Assembly: GCA_050258555.1 (NCBI GenBank) | Contig: JBLMZA010000094.1 | Coordinates: forward strand, 19,563 to 83,562 | Length of the DNA: 64,000 bases | Direction of reading: 5' to 3' | DNA from: Acidobacteriota bacterium | GTDB lineage: Bacteria > Bacteroidota > Ignavibacteria > UBA10030 > UBA8401 | Part shown: piece after piece, positions 1-10,125 of the stretch | How positions within the stretch are numbered: the first letter of the stretch is position 1 | Layout of the letters: each line of letters starts with the position of its first letter | Notes under the pieces: generated by a model | The model's database searches: none | Seen by the model: the letters and a program-made list of their open reading frames with translations, nothing else | What the model was told of the DNA's origin: nothing | Translations under genes and position numbers: made by a program

Positions 1-702
1 AAGACATTCCTCGGCACCGACTACGTGGGCCATGTGCTCGAAGCCGAGGGCGAGGAGAAGCTCGTCGTCAACATGCGCGCGCTGGACTGCGTCTCGTTCT
101 ATGAGAACTGTCTCGTGCTGGCGCGCTGCATCAAGATGAACGATCTGACGTTCGACGCCTACAAGAAGCAGCTGCAGTTCGTGCGCTACAGAGGCGGCGT
201 CATCAACGGCTATCCGAGCCGGCTGCACTACACGACCGACTACTGGTACGACAACGAGAAGAAGGGCGTGCTGAAGGTGGTGACGAAGCAGATCGCCGAC
301 GACAAGAACATCCAGAAGATGCCGAAGCCGATCAACTTCATGACCGAGCACCGCTCGAGCTACAAGCAGCTGGCCAACGAGGCGTTCTTCAACGAGGTGA
401 AGAAGCAGGAAGACGCGATCAACGCGCGCGAACTGGTCTTCCTTCCCAAAGGCAACGTGCACATGTTCGCCGACAAGATCAAGACGGGAAGCCTCATCGG
501 CATCACGACAAACCTGAAGGGCATGGATATCAAGCACACCGGCGTCGCCATCCGCATGGAATCGGGCGAGCTGCATTTCATGCACGCGCCGCTTGCGGGA
601 GCCAAGGTCCAGATCACACCCACCACGCTTCATGAGTATCTTGCGAAGTTCAAGGACGATACCGGCATCATCATCGCCGAAGCGCAGGAGCCCAAAGCGT
701 AA
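1..702 (+). CDS. hypothetical protein, C-terminal part of a gene that starts upstream of the window
   Basis: Frame 1 is open from nt 1 with no stop in 1-24, and the track ORF 25..702 is the same frame. The stop is TAA at 700-702. Codon usage matches neighbouring genes. I recognise no catalytic motif. Confidence 0.55.
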   Translation, partial: KTFLGTDYVGHVLEAEGEEKLVVNMRALDCVSFYENCLVLARCIKMNDLTFDAYKKQLQFVRYRGGVINGYPSRLHYTTDYWYDNEKKGVLKVVTKQIADDKNIQKMPKPINFMTEHRSSYKQLANEAFFNEVKKQEDAINARELVFLPKGNVHMFADKIKTGSLIGITTNLKGMDIKHTGVAIRMESGELHFMHAPLAGAKVQITPTTLHEYLAKFKDDTGIIIAEAQEPKA

Positions 703-721
703 TCGATTCTCGAGCGCCGTC

Positions 722-1879
722 TCAGGATCCCTGAGACGGTTCCGGAGGCGGCGCCTCGAATCCCGTGAAGAACTCCGTTTGTCCCGTCTGATAGAAGCGC
801 TTCAGGACGCGCGCCGCCGCTTTGTTGCGGCATGTGTAGTTGGTCGCTTCCGTTGCGCTTTGCGTACTCTCCCAATTCCACCAGAAGATGCCCGCGCACC
901 ACGGGCGGTTTCCGAAGTAGCGGAGGATCGCCGAATAATAGCACGCCTGCGCCGCTTCATCCTTCTTTGCCCCGGTTGATGCACCGGGCTCGTAGGCGGC
1001 CGGATTGGAGAGCGCGCCGGAAACGGACTGGCATCCGGCTTCCGTCAGGATCACCCGTCGTCCCCACCTGCTTGCCATTGCCGAGAGGCGCGCACCATGG
1101 AGATGCAGCAAACGCTCTGTTTCCGATTCCGAAGGCAGCGCGTCTGCATGCGGGCGCGAGGCGGGAAAATACCCGCTCACGCCGAGATAATCGAGCTCGC
1201 GCCAGAATCCGATCTGCTCGTATTCCCCTTCCGCACTCATCACGCCGCTCCAATTCGAGGAATAGGTCAGCATGCCGTGATAGACACTGCGGATCTTCCC
1301 AATGATCGACTGCCACTCGGAAGTATATTCGGGAACGGTTGCCGATGCGAGTTCGGTGCCGATGCAGAGCATCTCGATCCCTTCTTCCTCGGCAAAGGCC
1401 GCATAGCGCAGGATCATCGAAGCGTAGGCGTGAAACCATCGGCCGCTCGTATCAGGCCGGATCAGGCCGCGCCACTGTCCCGTATAGCAGTCGACCTGCG
1501 GCTTGAGCATGATCTTCAGCCCGTGCACGCGCGCATCGCGCACGGCCGTGCGCAGATCATCCATCGACGAGGTGGCATGCCATGCGCGTCCTGTAACGGG
1601 ATTGATGCCGGAGGCGTTCGGCGCGATATCGATGGATGCGGGCGACGACTGGAATTCGAAGACCGTCAGAGCGACCCATGTGCTTGCCGTCTGCGCGCGC
1701 AGTTCTTCGAGCGCCGAGCGTTCGGCGCCGCGCGTGAACCCGTCCGGGGCAAATGACGTATACCCGTATCCCTTGAAATACATGTCCGATTCCGGTCTGA
1801 CCGCACTGTCGACGCCGACGCACCCTGTCTCAAGAATAATGGCGGGAAAGAGAAAAAGAAGCAACACCCAAAAACGCAT
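722..1879 (-). CDS. TIM-barrel glycoside hydrolase-like lipoprotein (GH5/GH113-like)
   Basis: N-terminal signal peptide with a lipobox (LETGC). The motifs CIGTELASA, VILTEAGCQS and IFWWNWES are typical of (beta/alpha)8 clan GH-A hydrolases. The track ORF begins with GTG at 1885; the first ATG is 2 codons downstream at 1879. Confidence 0.55.
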   Translation of the reverse strand: MRFWVLLLFLFPAIILETGCVGVDSAVRPESDMYFKGYGYTSFAPDGFTRGAERSALEELRAQTASTWVALTVFEFQSSPASIDIAPNASGINPVTGRAWHATSSMDDLRTAVRDARVHGLKIMLKPQVDCYTGQWRGLIRPDTSGRWFHAYASMILRYAAFAEEEGIEMLCIGTELASATVPEYTSEWQSIIGKIRSVYHGMLTYSSNWSGVMSAEGEYEQIGFWRELDYLGVSGYFPASRPHADALPSESETERLLHLHGARLSAMASRWGRRVILTEAGCQSVSGALSNPAAYEPGASTGAKKDEAAQACYYSAILRYFGNRPWCAGIFWWNWESTQSATEATNYTCRNKAAARVLKRFYQTGQTEFFTGFEAPPPEPSQGS

Positions 1880-1982
1880 GCACACTCAAAAAGCAAAAGA
1901 AAAAGAAAACCTTTATATACAGAGATCATCGGCGTGGACTGGGAAATCTTGAGTGTGCAGCCCCCGGGGGAGGCGATCGCCG

Positions 1983-3707
1983 CTAGAGCGGAGAGGCGAC
2001 CACGGCCGATGCCTTCAGCGCGCGCAGCGATGTGCCGGCATCATCGAGCGCTTCCAGGAAAATAATATAGATGCCCATGCGCACCCGGGCGCCCGCGTCA
2101 TCGCATCCGTTCCAGATGATCGTGCCGGAGGATCCGGAGAATTCGGCGTTGGCTAAGAGCCGGACGAGCCTTCCCTGTGCATCGAAGATGCGCAGCCGGA
2201 TCGTCGATGCTCTCGAGGGCAGCATGTAACTGATCGCGCAATGATCATCCCTTCCGTCGCCGTCGGGCGAAAAGGGATTCGGCGCGCACTTGAGGGCGGC
2301 GTCGGAAGGAAGAAGCGACGCGAAGACCGAATTGGCGGCGCCCGGCGTGCCGCCCTGCGCCGAGGCCGACGTGCTCCAGCTTCGTGCATCGCAGGAGGCA
2401 AGCGACGGGTGGATCTTCTCGAGCGAGCGTCCGGCATTGTCGGATCGGCGTATATGCCATGCAGGCGAATAGCACAGACTGTCGATCACCGTTCCTTCGG
2501 CATCTGAAAGGATGATCGCTTCTCCGGTATTGGCGAGGCTGAGCGATGGCGCAACAAGCGCGAGTGCGGATGCCGCCGATCTCTCCATCTGTTCGATGAT
2601 CGCGGAATCCGATGCGATGAGGGCGTAGCCGTGCGGGGCGATGTTCCTGGCATGGGGCGCAAGCGCCACGACATGCCGGTTCTTTTTCGATGGAGGAGCG
2701 TCGGCGATCGTCCATCCTTCGAGCGAGAGGGGCAGAGAAGTCGTATTGACAAGCTCGATGTATTCGGGCCGATCGGGCGCGGGGTCGTACATGATCTCAT
2801 TGATCACAAGCGCGTGCAGGCCCGCGGAGGCCGAAAGAGTGAACGAGACGGTGTTGTTCGTCGTATCCTCATCATCGGAGGATGAAAGCCTGCAGTGCAT
2901 CCGATGCCTGCCCGGAAGAAGCGAGCGGTAGAAAAGCGTGACGGATAAGGAGTCGCCCGGATGCCCGTACGTGTGCGTGAATGTCTCTTCGGCCGCGCAC
3001 TCGTTGGCGCTCGAATCCCAGAGCATGAGCGTCGCCGTATATGCTCCGGATGAAAGCCGGCTTGTGACCGTGAATGTGCAGGCGATATCGGCTCCGGCAT
3101 CGATGCGCGAGGGAAGCGTCACAGAATCGCCGAGCGCCAGGTCGCATGCGGCGCGGAATGAGAGCGTGATCTCATCGAGCCTCAATGTGCCGGTGGAGCC
3201 CGTGCCGTTGCCGAGCGTCCGGAAGCGAAGGCGCACCGCGGATTTGTCGTCGAGCCATGAGGGAAGCGGAATCGTGCGCCGGATGTAATTCGATGACGAG
3301 GAAAGAAGCGTGAGCGTGTCGGAGAGCGGGATCCAGAGCGAGTCATCGGGCGCGAGCGCCGCTTCGATGAGCATGCCGGCATTGAAGGAGGAGCTTCTGC
3401 GCTCGTAAAATTCGAGCGCCTGCACTTTTTTTCCCGCAAAGGAAAGCACGGGAAGACCGAGCCACTGGGCGATGCGCGCATCGGTCGACATCACCGATGC
3501 CGGAGGCGAATAGGGCACCGATGTCGTCGTCTGAAAGTCGCCCGATATAAGCTTCGCCTTCGATGTGATCCAGCCTGCAGGCAAAAGCGGAACAGGCGTC
3601 GTATCGAAGGATTCATGAAACGGCTGTGCGGCGGCCTGAAGCGACAGATGGATGATCAGGCCGATGCCCGCCGCGGCCGCACGAACAATGCCCCCTGTGC
3701 GCTGCAT
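1983..3707 (-). CDS. secreted lamin-tail-domain (LTD) protein with T9SS/FlgD-Ig-like C-terminal domain
   Basis: The central segment ALVINEIMYDPAPDRPEYIELVNTT...GWTIAD has the LTD signature. The C-terminus PNPFSPDGDGRDD...IRLRIFDAQGRLVRLL...GIYII resembles a T9SS/FlgD-Ig sorting domain. There is an N-terminal hydrophobic signal. Confidence 0.6.
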   Translation of the reverse strand: MQRTGGIVRAAAAGIGLIIHLSLQAAAQPFHESFDTTPVPLLPAGWITSKAKLISGDFQTTTSVPYSPPASVMSTDARIAQWLGLPVLSFAGKKVQALEFYERRSSSFNAGMLIEAALAPDDSLWIPLSDTLTLLSSSSNYIRRTIPLPSWLDDKSAVRLRFRTLGNGTGSTGTLRLDEITLSFRAACDLALGDSVTLPSRIDAGADIACTFTVTSRLSSGAYTATLMLWDSSANECAAEETFTHTYGHPGDSLSVTLFYRSLLPGRHRMHCRLSSSDDEDTTNNTVSFTLSASAGLHALVINEIMYDPAPDRPEYIELVNTTSLPLSLEGWTIADAPPSKKNRHVVALAPHARNIAPHGYALIASDSAIIEQMERSAASALALVAPSLSLANTGEAIILSDAEGTVIDSLCYSPAWHIRRSDNAGRSLEKIHPSLASCDARSWSTSASAQGGTPGAANSVFASLLPSDAALKCAPNPFSPDGDGRDDHCAISYMLPSRASTIRLRIFDAQGRLVRLLANAEFSGSSGTIIWNGCDDAGARVRMGIYIIFLEALDDAGTSLRALKASAVVASPL

Positions 3708-3749
3708 GTCACATTCCCCCCTTCCTCACTCCTTGAATGCGTGCGCCGG

Positions 3750-5180
3750 CTACGTCCTCCAGAAGATATGCTTTTTCGTGCAGAATTGCACGAACAGTGC
3801 GAGAAGCAGCGTGATCACCGCTCCGCGCGCAAAGCCGAGCCACGGCGTCACGGCGAGCTCGGAGGACAGGCTCAAGAGCGATGTGGCCCCCAGGATCGGG
3901 ATGATGAAATTATTGACGCCGGCATAGGCGATCATCGGGTTCTGTCCGTTGTCGATCAAGAGCGAGAGCGCGCGTTTCTTTCCGAAGACGTCGATCACGA
4001 TGGAGAAGGCGATATAGAGGCAGATGGCCAGTCCCGATGTGATGAAATAATAGCTCATCGTGGCGCGGTCCTTTTTGATGCCGCCTTCATACGGTTCGAA
4101 GAAGAGTCCGAGCACGAGCCAGTAGATCGCCCAGGAAAAGAGTTCCTTGAAAAGCCGTTCAAGCGCGGTGCGCGGATTTCGGAGCAACAGCCATCCGGCT
4201 CCGCAAAGAATCATCGTGGCGATCGTGGTTTCGCCGGTCATGCGCGCCTTCATGCCCACAAGCAGCAGCGGAATGAAGGCGAGCATGAGCGCGAGCGCGG
4301 CAAGCGCCTTCAGGCGCGGCATGGCAGCAGAGGCATCCTCGGGCCGTCCCGACTCCATCCATTCCAGGAGCAGATCTCCGGCGATCATGCCGGGAATCAC
4401 GATGAAGAGGTATTGCAGGTAATAGAGCGTATAGATCCACGGGGCCGGCGTGAGCGTCCAGAAGTCATGCACCCAGCCCGGGACGGGAGCGGGCATATTC
4501 GAGAGCCGGATCGCCGCGAGGATGCCGAGCACGCCCAGGCGCAATAGCGGCCTTTGGCGCGTGAAGAGCCACAGGAGTGAGCCGAAGACCGCCATGTTCG
4601 TGAGCACGATGATGATGATATCCGATCGGGTCAGAAGAAATCCGCTTCCGTCGGGATAGCGCAGCGTGGCAAGCAAAAGGATGCCGAGTACCCATCCGAG
4701 CGCGCGCACGAGCCGTCGGCGCAGCACAGGCCACGCCTCAGGCAGGCGCATGAGCATGGGAAAGAGCAGCGCATACCCGTAGAGCGCCGTCATCCATGTG
4801 ACGAATGTCGGATGCGCCGAGATCACATGGGGACGGATGGCCATGACATAGAGCGCAAAAAATCCGAGCAGGAATCCGCGTTGAAGAATCGAGCCGGCGA
4901 CGCTCCAGACCGATGCGCCGCGCGAGAGGCGCCGGGAGAGGGCGAGCGGAAAGGCTGCGCCCATGGAAAATAAAAAGAAGGGAAAGACCAGGTCGACCCA
5001 GGTGATGCCGGGCAGCGTCGGGATGAACTGATGCAGGGGCGGCGGCACCTGTGCATGATACATCCAGTCGGGAAGCGTGTTGGTGAAAAACGGAAGCTGG
5101 CCCGAAAGAATCATCGCCAGGATTGCAAAGCCGCGCAGTGCATCGAGTGCGAAGGCGCGCGTGGAGGTGCCGGATGTCAT
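3750..5180 (-). CDS. HGSNAT/DUF1624-like membrane acyltransferase
   Basis: Multi-pass membrane protein whose N-terminus FALDALRGFAILAMIL is characteristic of heparan-alpha-glucosaminide N-acetyltransferase-like (DUF1624/DUF5009) proteins. The start was moved to the ATG at 5180 (MTSGTSTRAFALDALRG) from the track start 5369, so it no longer overlaps the divergent gene. Confidence 0.55.
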   Translation of the reverse strand: MTSGTSTRAFALDALRGFAILAMILSGQLPFFTNTLPDWMYHAQVPPPLHQFIPTLPGITWVDLVFPFFLFSMGAAFPLALSRRLSRGASVWSVAGSILQRGFLLGFFALYVMAIRPHVISAHPTFVTWMTALYGYALLFPMLMRLPEAWPVLRRRLVRALGWVLGILLLATLRYPDGSGFLLTRSDIIIIVLTNMAVFGSLLWLFTRQRPLLRLGVLGILAAIRLSNMPAPVPGWVHDFWTLTPAPWIYTLYYLQYLFIVIPGMIAGDLLLEWMESGRPEDASAAMPRLKALAALALMLAFIPLLLVGMKARMTGETTIATMILCGAGWLLLRNPRTALERLFKELFSWAIYWLVLGLFFEPYEGGIKKDRATMSYYFITSGLAICLYIAFSIVIDVFGKKRALSLLIDNGQNPMIAYAGVNNFIIPILGATSLLSLSSELAVTPWLGFARGAVITLLLALFVQFCTKKHIFWRT

Positions 5181-5321
5181 GGGTGTGTGAATGAAAAAAG
5201 GTGCACGTGGGATGAAAGGACCGTCATGGAACATTCCAGTGGAGCGGACCGTTACTATATCCAGCACCAAAATAAAATGAAAGACATGCAGAAGCAAGTG
5301 TGGAATTTTAAAGAATTCCTC

Positions 5322-5350
5322 TTGACATGGAAACAAAATCTTGCTATACT
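5322..5350 (+). promoter_or_regulatory. sigma-70-type promoter (TTGACA-17 nt-TATACT) upstream of the TonB-dependent receptor gene
   Basis: TTGACA at 5322-5327, a 17-nt spacer, and TATACT at 5345-5350. Both hexamers are at or near consensus. It lies in a 336-bp divergent intergenic region, about 165 nt upstream of the ATG at 5517. Confidence 0.45.
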
Positions 5351-5516
5351 TGCCAAGGTAGGTTTTCATACATTCCGGCCGGCAATCCCATCCCCTCAGA
5401 GCCTGTCTCTATCAACATTGCCCCGATCGACCTCGAAACCGGTGTTGCCGGCTTTCACCACACAATCGATTGTTCTTTTTTTTGTGATTCAACTATTCAT
5501 ACACAAAGGGTTCCGT

Positions 5517-8500
5517 ATGAAACGCATGGTTACTCCATTCTCGCGATGGTTTATTCTCTTTCTGCTTTTGTGTGCGGCCTCGTCCGGCGCGCTGGCGGCA
5601 AGCGGAAAGATCACCGGCCGCATCGTCGACCGTGAAACGCGCGAGCCGCTTCCGGCGGCGAACGTCGTCATCAGCCACTACATGTCGTCTTCCGGGCAGG
5701 AAGTCGCCATGGACCGTCCGCTCGGCGGTTCAAGCGACATCGAAGGATATTATTTCATCCTCAACGTGTCGCCGGGCACATACACGCTGCGCGTGAGCCA
5801 GGTTGGATATGCGCAGGTGATCAAGCGCAACATCCGCGTCGAATCGGACCGCACGATCACCGTTGACTTCGAATTGTCCTCGACGGCGATCGAAGTCAAT
5901 CAGGTCGTCGTCACCGCGCAACGCGATATCGTGAAGAAGGACGTCTCGGCCACGCAGGAAGTCGTCATTCCCACGAAGATGGAAGAGATGCCCGTCGTGC
6001 GCGTCGACGAATTCGTCGGCCGCCTCAAGGGCGTCGAGCTCGTGAGCGGTCCCGAAGGCAACGGCCTGTCGGTGCGCGGCGGCTCGATCCGCGAGACCGA
6101 CGTGCGCATGGACGGCATTTCGCTCCAGGATCCGCGCTCCGAAAATTCCTATATGGCGCTCAATTCGACGACGATCGAGGAAATTCAGGTCCTCACCGGC
6201 GGCTTCGAGGCCAAATACGGCGGCATCCGCTCCGGCCTTCTGAACGTCGTGACGAAGGACGGCTCGCGCGAGCGCTATACGATGTCGATCAAGGCCGATA
6301 TTGCGCCGGCCGGACAGCAGCGCTTCTTCGGCACCGATCCGTATTCCGATCAGTCGTGGATCTACCGGGTGTATGCGGGCGAGTATGCGATGCGCGGCAT
6401 CCGCACGCACGAGGATTCGATGGCCGTGCCGCAGGAGTTCTGGTCGTTCAAGGGCTGGACGCAGCGCATTCCGGGCACGACCAACGCCAACTTCCTGGAT
6501 TCGACGCAGAAGCGGGATCTCTGGCTCAGGACGCATCCCCAGTACAGCCACCGCCAGAAAATCGACATGTTCCTCGAGGGATCGATCACCGGTCCCTTCC
6601 CGGGCTTCGGCATCCCGATTCTGCGCGATTACGCCGATCGCACAAGCTTCATGCTCGGCTTCAAATACGAAAATTCGCAGCTGGCATTCCCGATCGGACC
6701 CCGGGACAACTATCTCGACTGGAACACGCAATTGAAGCTGACCTCGCAGCTCGCCGATAATCTGCGCCTGTCGATCAACGGCATGTATGCGAAGATCGAA
6801 TCCAATTCGGGCGGGGGCACATCGAACTACGGCGGCGCGCTCTCCGACGCATCGGCGTCGTTCAGCTACCTGAACTCGACCGAAAGCTCCGTGCGCCGTC
6901 AGGCCTCGCTTCTGGCCGGCACGGAAGGCCGCCAGCAGATGTTCAACAAGAGCCGCCTCCAGTACTACGAACAGAAATACTTCGTCGGCGGCGCGCGCCT
7001 CACGAACACCTTCTCGACGCGCGGCTTCTTCACGCTCGATTTCCAGATGGGTTACACCAATCAGGAGCTCGCGCCGTTTGCGCTCGATACGAGCCGCGCC
7101 GATGCATGGCTCACCTATACGCGCAACAACCGGACATACCGGTTTCTGAACGTGCCGGCGCTCGGCAGCCCGAACGGCTCCACGAACACGGGCACCGACG
7201 TGCTCGGCAATTACGTGCTCTACGGCGGCGCGCAGCATGCCGATTCGTCTCACTCGTACGTCTACCAGCTCAAGGGCGACATGACGATGCAGATCGGCCG
7301 CCATCATCAGTTCGAAGCCGGCTTTTCGGCGCGCCTGCAGGACATGTTCGTGTATTCCGGTTCGTGGTATCAGGCGCAGATCTCATTCACGCCCGATCTC
7401 TGGCAGTATTACAAGGCCACGCCGCTCGATATCGGCGCCTATGTGCAGGACAAGCTCGAATTCGAAGGCATGATCCTGAACGCGGGACTCCGTCTGGATT
7501 ATCTCAATCCGATGAAGAAGGGATTCCTGACCGGATTCCCCGTGACCGATGCCTATAAGAATTTTTACAACACGCTTTATCTCAACACGCCGGGCGCCTG
7601 GGGCAGCTACGAGCGCTGGCTGAATTTCCGTTCGCTCCTGGAGAATCCGCCGGGATGGCCGGAAACCGAGAACAAGGTCCAGGCCTACATTTCGCCGCGC
7701 CTGGGCGTGAGCTTCCCCATCACCGATGCAAGCAAGATGTACTTCAACTACGGACACTTCTATCAGCGTCCGCCCGCGGCCTTCATGTACAACCAGAACA
7801 TCTATATCGGCTCTGTGGCCGTGCCGACGCCGGATCTGAAGATGGCCCGCACGGTGTCCTACGAGTTCGGCTACGAGCAGATGCTCTTCAACGATTTCGT
7901 GGTGAACGTGGCGGCCTATTACAAGGATAACCGCAACGAGCCTCTGGCCCGCACGTTCGTGAACTATTACGGCGACAACACGGTGATCCAGTACTTCCCC
8001 GATGCGTATTCGGATATCCGCGGCGTCGAGCTGCGCCTGGAGCGCCCCGTGGGCACGTTCCTGACATTCTACGGCATGTACGACTATTCGCTCTATTCGG
8101 GCGGACAGTCCGGCCTTGCCAACGTGTACGAGAACCGCCTCCAGGCACGCACAGAGATCGAGACGCGTCCGGCATCGCTCTATACGAACGATCCGCGTCC
8201 GAGAGCGAACTTCACCGTCAACTTCCATACGCCCCGCGACTTCGGTCCGGAGCTCGGCGGCATGAACATTCTGGGCCGCTGGGTCTTCGATCTCTTCTTC
8301 GAGTGGCGTTCGAACGGGCGATACCTCTCGAATCCGGAAGTGTCCGATGTGAAGGACCGTATTTATATTGACGCCATCAATTACTGGAATATGGATTTCC
8401 GCGGCTCGAAGATGTTCGATATCGGCGTGGGCGAGCTCGAGCTCGTGCTGACAGTGAAGAACCTTACGAACAACAAGTGGCTCACGGTCGGCAACATGAC

Positions 8501-8657
8501 GCGCGATCAGCTCATTGCCTATAAGGCATCGCTGCAGCCGGGGGACAAGTGGGGACAGTACAAATCGGATGACAACCACATCAAGCTCGACTGGTGGGAG
8601 GCGCCCCTGTTCCTGAACCCGAGAATGATTCTGTTGGGCGCGCGCCTCAATTTCTAA
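5517..8657 (+). CDS. TonB-dependent outer-membrane receptor with N-terminal carboxypeptidase-regulatory-like domain
   Basis: Signal peptide followed by GKITGRIVD...PLPAANVVI (CarbopepD_reg-like). The plug region is ...VLTGGFEAKYGG and the barrel is long. The C-terminus ends ...LLGARLNF with a terminal Phe. The track ORF 5031..8657 has an N-terminal extension that would overlap the divergent gene; the ATG at 5517 is preceded by AAAGGG. Confidence 0.8.
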   Translation: MKRMVTPFSRWFILFLLLCAASSGALAASGKITGRIVDRETREPLPAANVVISHYMSSSGQEVAMDRPLGGSSDIEGYYFILNVSPGTYTLRVSQVGYAQVIKRNIRVESDRTITVDFELSSTAIEVNQVVVTAQRDIVKKDVSATQEVVIPTKMEEMPVVRVDEFVGRLKGVELVSGPEGNGLSVRGGSIRETDVRMDGISLQDPRSENSYMALNSTTIEEIQVLTGGFEAKYGGIRSGLLNVVTKDGSRERYTMSIKADIAPAGQQRFFGTDPYSDQSWIYRVYAGEYAMRGIRTHEDSMAVPQEFWSFKGWTQRIPGTTNANFLDSTQKRDLWLRTHPQYSHRQKIDMFLEGSITGPFPGFGIPILRDYADRTSFMLGFKYENSQLAFPIGPRDNYLDWNTQLKLTSQLADNLRLSINGMYAKIESNSGGGTSNYGGALSDASASFSYLNSTESSVRRQASLLAGTEGRQQMFNKSRLQYYEQKYFVGGARLTNTFSTRGFFTLDFQMGYTNQELAPFALDTSRADAWLTYTRNNRTYRFLNVPALGSPNGSTNTGTDVLGNYVLYGGAQHADSSHSYVYQLKGDMTMQIGRHHQFEAGFSARLQDMFVYSGSWYQAQISFTPDLWQYYKATPLDIGAYVQDKLEFEGMILNAGLRLDYLNPMKKGFLTGFPVTDAYKNFYNTLYLNTPGAWGSYERWLNFRSLLENPPGWPETENKVQAYISPRLGVSFPITDASKMYFNYGHFYQRPPAAFMYNQNIYIGSVAVPTPDLKMARTVSYEFGYEQMLFNDFVVNVAAYYKDNRNEPLARTFVNYYGDNTVIQYFPDAYSDIRGVELRLERPVGTFLTFYGMYDYSLYSGGQSGLANVYENRLQARTEIETRPASLYTNDPRPRANFTVNFHTPRDFGPELGGMNILGRWVFDLFFEWRSNGRYLSNPEVSDVKDRIYIDAINYWNMDFRGSKMFDIGVGELELVLTVKNLTNNKWLTVGNMTRDQLIAYKASLQPGDKWGQYKSDDNHIKLDWWEAPLFLNPRMILLGARLNF

Positions 8658-8721
8658 GAGTGCAATAACGGTCATCGCTTTTCATGCTGCAGCGGGGATC
8701 TTCCTGCCGCAGCATGAAGCA

Positions 8722-10125
8722 ATGAAGGCAATATTTTCAAACGAAGGGAAGAATGCCGCTGTGAAGAAAGCTTTACTCATCATGTCTGCGATCGTGCTCG
8801 TTCTGGGCGCGGGTGTGTCCCGTTTGAGCGCGCAGGCCGCAAAGAAAATGGTCGTTGGGTATTACTATCCCGGTTCGACGCCGAGCTACACCTATACGGC
8901 GATCCGCTACGACTGCCTCACGCATATCGCGCACGCGTTCATTCTGGCCACATCCACCGGCGCGCTCGATATGTCGGGTTTCACGCTCTACCCGCAGCTC
9001 AATCAGCGGGCGCATGAAAAGGGCGTGAAAGTCGTGGTCTCTGTGGGCGGATGGGGCAATGACAAGCCGTTTGCCGCCATGGCCGCCGACACCGCCGCAA
9101 GACGGAAGTTCGTGCAGAATCTGAAGAATTTCTGCGTCACGAACAATTACGACGGCGCCGATATCGACTGGGAATATCCGACCACGGCCGACAAGGCAAA
9201 CTACACCGCATTGATCCATGAGCTGCGCGCGGCGTTCAATACCGTGACGCCGCGGCTTTCGCTCTCGGCGGCCATGTCGGCCTATCCCGGATCGGGATAC
9301 GACTTCGCGGCCATCACGGGCGACTTCGACTGGATCGGCATGATGACCTACGACTTCTACGGCACCTGGACGCCGAAAGCCGGACCGAACTCACCGCTCT
9401 ACGGCACGTATGCGACGACCGACCAGGGATGGATCGACAACTCGGCCACGAACTATCTCGGCAAGGGCGTGCCGGCGTCGAAGCTTCTGATCGGCACGGC
9501 TTTCTACGGATGGAACTTCAAGACGGGCGCGCTCTATGCGGCGCAAAGCGGAGCGACACAGTCGCAATACCGGCTCTTCATCGCCAATCTGGCCAACGGC
9601 TGGACGCGCACCTGGGATGCCGCAACGCGCACACCCTATATGCAGGATGCGGCCAGGACGCAGCTCATCACATACGACGATTCGGCGTCGATCGTTGAAA
9701 AGTGCGAGTATGTGAAGGCGAAGAATTTGGCCGGAACGATCGTCTGGGCGATCGGGCAGGACTACACGTATCCGCGCGCGCCGCTGCTGGAAACCATCGG
9801 CAGAAGCTTCTTCAATGTCACAGAGGTGGCATCCGGCCAGGAAGAGGAAACGCAGGCGCCGGGCCGGTTCGAACTCGAGCAGAATTATCCGAATCCCTTC
9901 AATCCATCGACGACGATCGTCTTCGCCCTCGGCGCAAAGCAGCATGTGAAGCTGGAAATCTTCTCCGTGCTCGGAGAGAAAGTCGCCGCGCTGGTCGATG
10001 GCGAGCTGGAAGCCGGCTCGCACTCGGTCGAATGGAACGCCTCGCGCCAGCCAAGCGGAGCCTATTTCTGCCGGCTCACGGCGGGCGGATCGATGGGCGT
10101 GAAAACGATGGTGCTTCAGAAATAA
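8722..10125 (+). CDS. GH18 family chitinase-like glycoside hydrolase with T9SS C-terminal sorting domain
   Basis: Signal peptide. Canonical GH18 catalytic motif DGADIDWEYP. The C-terminal FELEQNYPNPFNPSTTIVFAL...GAYFCRL...VKTMVLQK is a Por_Secre_tail-type CTD. Confidence 0.8.
   Translation: MKAIFSNEGKNAAVKKALLIMSAIVLVLGAGVSRLSAQAAKKMVVGYYYPGSTPSYTYTAIRYDCLTHIAHAFILATSTGALDMSGFTLYPQLNQRAHEKGVKVVVSVGGWGNDKPFAAMAADTAARRKFVQNLKNFCVTNNYDGADIDWEYPTTADKANYTALIHELRAAFNTVTPRLSLSAAMSAYPGSGYDFAAITGDFDWIGMMTYDFYGTWTPKAGPNSPLYGTYATTDQGWIDNSATNYLGKGVPASKLLIGTAFYGWNFKTGALYAAQSGATQSQYRLFIANLANGWTRTWDAATRTPYMQDAARTQLITYDDSASIVEKCEYVKAKNLAGTIVWAIGQDYTYPRAPLLETIGRSFFNVTEVASGQEEETQAPGRFELEQNYPNPFNPSTTIVFALGAKQHVKLEIFSVLGEKVAALVDGELEAGSHSVEWNASRQPSGAYFCRLTAGGSMGVKTMVLQK

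Noticed and set aside
5031-5516. 163-codon N-terminal extension of the TonB-receptor ORF (track ORF 5031..8657)
   Set aside because: It would overlap the divergent HGSNAT-like gene and the sigma-70 promoter. The extension has no signal peptide, whereas the ATG at 5517 gives a typical signal peptide plus RBS. It is a GC-rich open-frame artefact.
5730-8675. Long antisense ORFs (5730..7307 and 7383..8675 on minus) inside the TonB-receptor gene, and similar ones elsewhere (for example 36173..37573 plus, 56700..60860 plus, 62638..63750 minus)
   Set aside because: They are shadow ORFs, typical of high-GC DNA. The sense strand encodes proteins with clear family signatures. The antisense products are Arg/Ala/Gly-rich and of low complexity.
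8683-8716. Hairpin CATGCTGCAGCGG...CTGCCGCAGCATG between the TonB receptor and GH18 #1
   Set aside because: It is an imperfect 13-bp inverted repeat (2 mismatches) overlapping the RBS region of the next gene, with no U-tract. It may modulate translation, but the evidence is too thin.
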